Below, one piece after another: positions 62,185 through 64,000 of a stretch of DNA of 64,000 nt (its first letter is position 1; every line of letters starts with the position of its first letter). This DNA is from Patescibacteria group bacterium UBA2196. Its GTDB lineage: Bacteria > Patescibacteriota > Patescibacteriia > UBA2196. A program made the position numbers and the translations under genes. The DNA lies in NCBI GenBank assembly GCA_002328025.1, contig DCVE01000014.1, positions 5,882 to 69,881 on the forward strand, written 5' to 3'. The notes beneath the pieces are model-generated. The model saw only the letters and a list, made by a program, of their open reading frames with translations. It did not search any database and was not told the DNA's origin.

Positions 62185-63045
62185 ATGTCCGAAATATTTT
62201 CCAAATGGTATTTAAGAATAGCTTATTTTTTTATTGCTAATCAGGTTGTTATTAAACGGGCAATTATTTTTATTTTTATATTTAGTAATATGCTTTTGTG
62301 GGGTTGGAGTATCGTGGCTTGGACTAACTATCTCACCAATACCGCGATACACAATAACACCATCGCGCTTATGCGTGAAAATTTAGTTAACTATGCCAGT
62401 TTTAAAGCCACCCACACTCCCTTAGAACCAGAGATTTTAGTTGCTTCAGCTGTGCCCAATGGTTTGGGTAAATATGATTTTTTGGCTAAAGTAAGAAATT
62501 TAAACATGAATTGGGCCATGACAAAAATTAAATATCGTTTTATTTATGCTAGTGGGGTAACTAGTGTTAGAGAAAACTTTTTATTGCCGGGCCAGGAAAA
62601 ATATCTTTTTGAATTTTTAGAAAATATTTCTGGAGCAGTGGGTGAAGCACATTTAGAGATAATGGAAATAAATTGGTGGCGAGTTAATCAGACAGAAGCC
62701 GATAAGATAACCGCCATTCTTAATGATCTTACCTTTACGGAAGAGAAATTTCAAACCGTCGCAGAAAATTCTGTTGTTTCTTTTAAGGCCAAAAATAATA
62801 CGCCATACAGTTTCTGGGAAACTGGGTATCAGGTTGTTTTATATAATGGTTCGCGACCTATGGCCATAAATTATCTTTTGGCCACCAATTTTAAGTCTGC
62901 CACAGAACAGCAATTGCAGGCTACTTGGTTTTCTGCGCTCCCAAGTCCCAGTCGTATCGAAATTATTAGTGATGCGAATTTATTAAACTCCCAAAGTTAC
63001 ATGTCCACTTATGATAATTTAATGAGACCACCCGGCCTTGAATGA
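62185..63045 (+). CDS. Hypothetical membrane-anchored protein with beta-rich extracellular domains
   Basis: 286-aa ORF, N-terminal TM, YDFLAKVRN.N motif. Confidence 0.7.
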   Translation: MSEIFSKWYLRIAYFFIANQVVIKRAIIFIFIFSNMLLWGWSIVAWTNYLTNTAIHNNTIALMRENLVNYASFKATHTPLEPEILVASAVPNGLGKYDFLAKVRNLNMNWAMTKIKYRFIYASGVTSVRENFLLPGQEKYLFEFLENISGAVGEAHLEIMEINWWRVNQTEADKITAILNDLTFTEEKFQTVAENSVVSFKAKNNTPYSFWETGYQVVLYNGSRPMAINYLLATNFKSATEQQLQATWFSALPSPSRIEIISDANLLNSQSYMSTYDNLMRPPGLE

Positions 63046-63075
63046 AATTTTAATTTGAGCTAGTATTGGTATATT

Positions 63076-64000
63076 ATGATTTTTAATTTTTCCAGATTAA
63101 AGAATTTTGATTGGTCTTTACTGTTAATAATTACACTTTTAGTTTGTATGGGTTTGGCTGTTATTTATAGTGTCACCTTAAGTCAGGAAAAACCGGATTA
63201 TAGTTTGCTTAATAAGCAAACTATTTTTTTTGTGCTTGGTATTTTTTTATTATTTGTTTTTGCTTTTTTTGACTACCGTGTTTTGGGTTCACTAAGCTTA
63301 ATAGTTTATATTTTTTCATTATTACTTTTGTTGGCCGTGCTTTTTTTTGGGAGTACTTTTAAGGGTACTCAGGGTTGGTTTAGTTTGTTTGGTTTTGGTT
63401 TTCAGCCAGTCGAATTTGCTAAATTGGCTTTAATAATTTTTTTGGCGAAGATTTTGAGTGACAATACTGAGGAGCATTTGTCTTTAAAATTCATGCTATT
63501 GGTTCTATTGTTGACCATTTTACCGGTCAGTCTTGTTATTTTGCAGCCGGATTTTGGTTCAGCCATGGTACTTTTAGTTTGTTCTGTAGGTTTATTGTGG
63601 TTTGCTGGGTTGCCTAAAAAATACTTATATATTTTATTTGTCGTTTTGGTAAGTGTGCTGATTGTGAGTTGGTTTTTTTTCATGATGCCTTACCAAAAAG
63701 ACAGAATTACGACTTTTTTAAATCCAATGCGTGATCCCCTAGATCAAGGCTATAATGTCAGGCAATCCATAATTGCCATTGGTTCTGGTGAATTTTTGGG
63801 GCGTGGATTGGGTTTGGGTCCACAAAGTCAACTTAAGTTTTTACCAGAAACAGCCGCTGATTTTATTTTTGCTTCATTGGGTGAAGAGTTGGGTTTTGTT
63901 GGAGTCTTTTTAATTTTTGGTCTTTATTTTTTATTTCTGTGGCGCATTTATAAAATAATAAAAACCACGCGCGATAATTTTTCCATGCTTTTAATTTTGG
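63076..64000 (+). CDS. rodA: Rod shape-determining protein RodA (SEDS), 3'-truncated; absent from ORF track
   Basis: Translated by hand: FDWSLL, GTQGWF, FQPVEFAK, LQPDFG, DPLDQGYNVRQSIIAIGSG, LPETAADFIF..GEELGF. Confidence 0.92.
   Translation, partial: MIFNFSRLKNFDWSLLLIITLLVCMGLAVIYSVTLSQEKPDYSLLNKQTIFFVLGIFLLFVFAFFDYRVLGSLSLIVYIFSLLLLLAVLFFGSTFKGTQGWFSLFGFGFQPVEFAKLALIIFLAKILSDNTEEHLSLKFMLLVLLLTILPVSLVILQPDFGSAMVLLVCSVGLLWFAGLPKKYLYILFVVLVSVLIVSWFFFMMPYQKDRITTFLNPMRDPLDQGYNVRQSIIAIGSGEFLGRGLGLGPQSQLKFLPETAADFIFASLGEELGFVGVFLIFGLYFLFLWRIYKIIKTTRDNFSMLLIL

Overview
AT-rich, gene-dense chromosomal segment (genetic code 11) from a small-genome bacterium, most likely Patescibacteria/CPR (Parcubacteria-like). 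This is inferred from gene content, core genes that mostly lack Shine-Dalgarno sites, and CPR-style surface proteins. Housekeeping genes dominate: ileS, recO, tgt, glyQS, metG, rsmI, a full F0F1 ATP synthase operon, a UvrD-nuclease fusion, pheS/pheT, mraY, gyrB, secE-nusG-rplK-rplA, gatB, miaA/miaB, thrS, dnaE and rodA. The most notable item is a self-contained island (about 53.2-54.8 kb) with its own promoter and terminator. It encodes a small RRE-like protein, an HGGEP-type radical SAM enzyme and an unannotated 38-aa precursor ending in HDKGWDKDWGKKK, a candidate triceptide (cyclophane) RiPP system in a CPR bacterium. Other highlights: an unannotated LysW-like zinc ribbon in an ATE-like/PLP/ATP-grasp cluster; a NYN nuclease gene overlapped by a predicted antisense small RNA; palindromic repeat elements inserted in frame into essential genes; a T-box upstream of thrS; a TRAX/translin-led nucleotide operon; a TGT lacking its zinc ligands; and two homopolymer frameshifts. 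No rRNA, tRNA, CRISPR array or transposase was recognised. All annotations come from motif reading without database searches.
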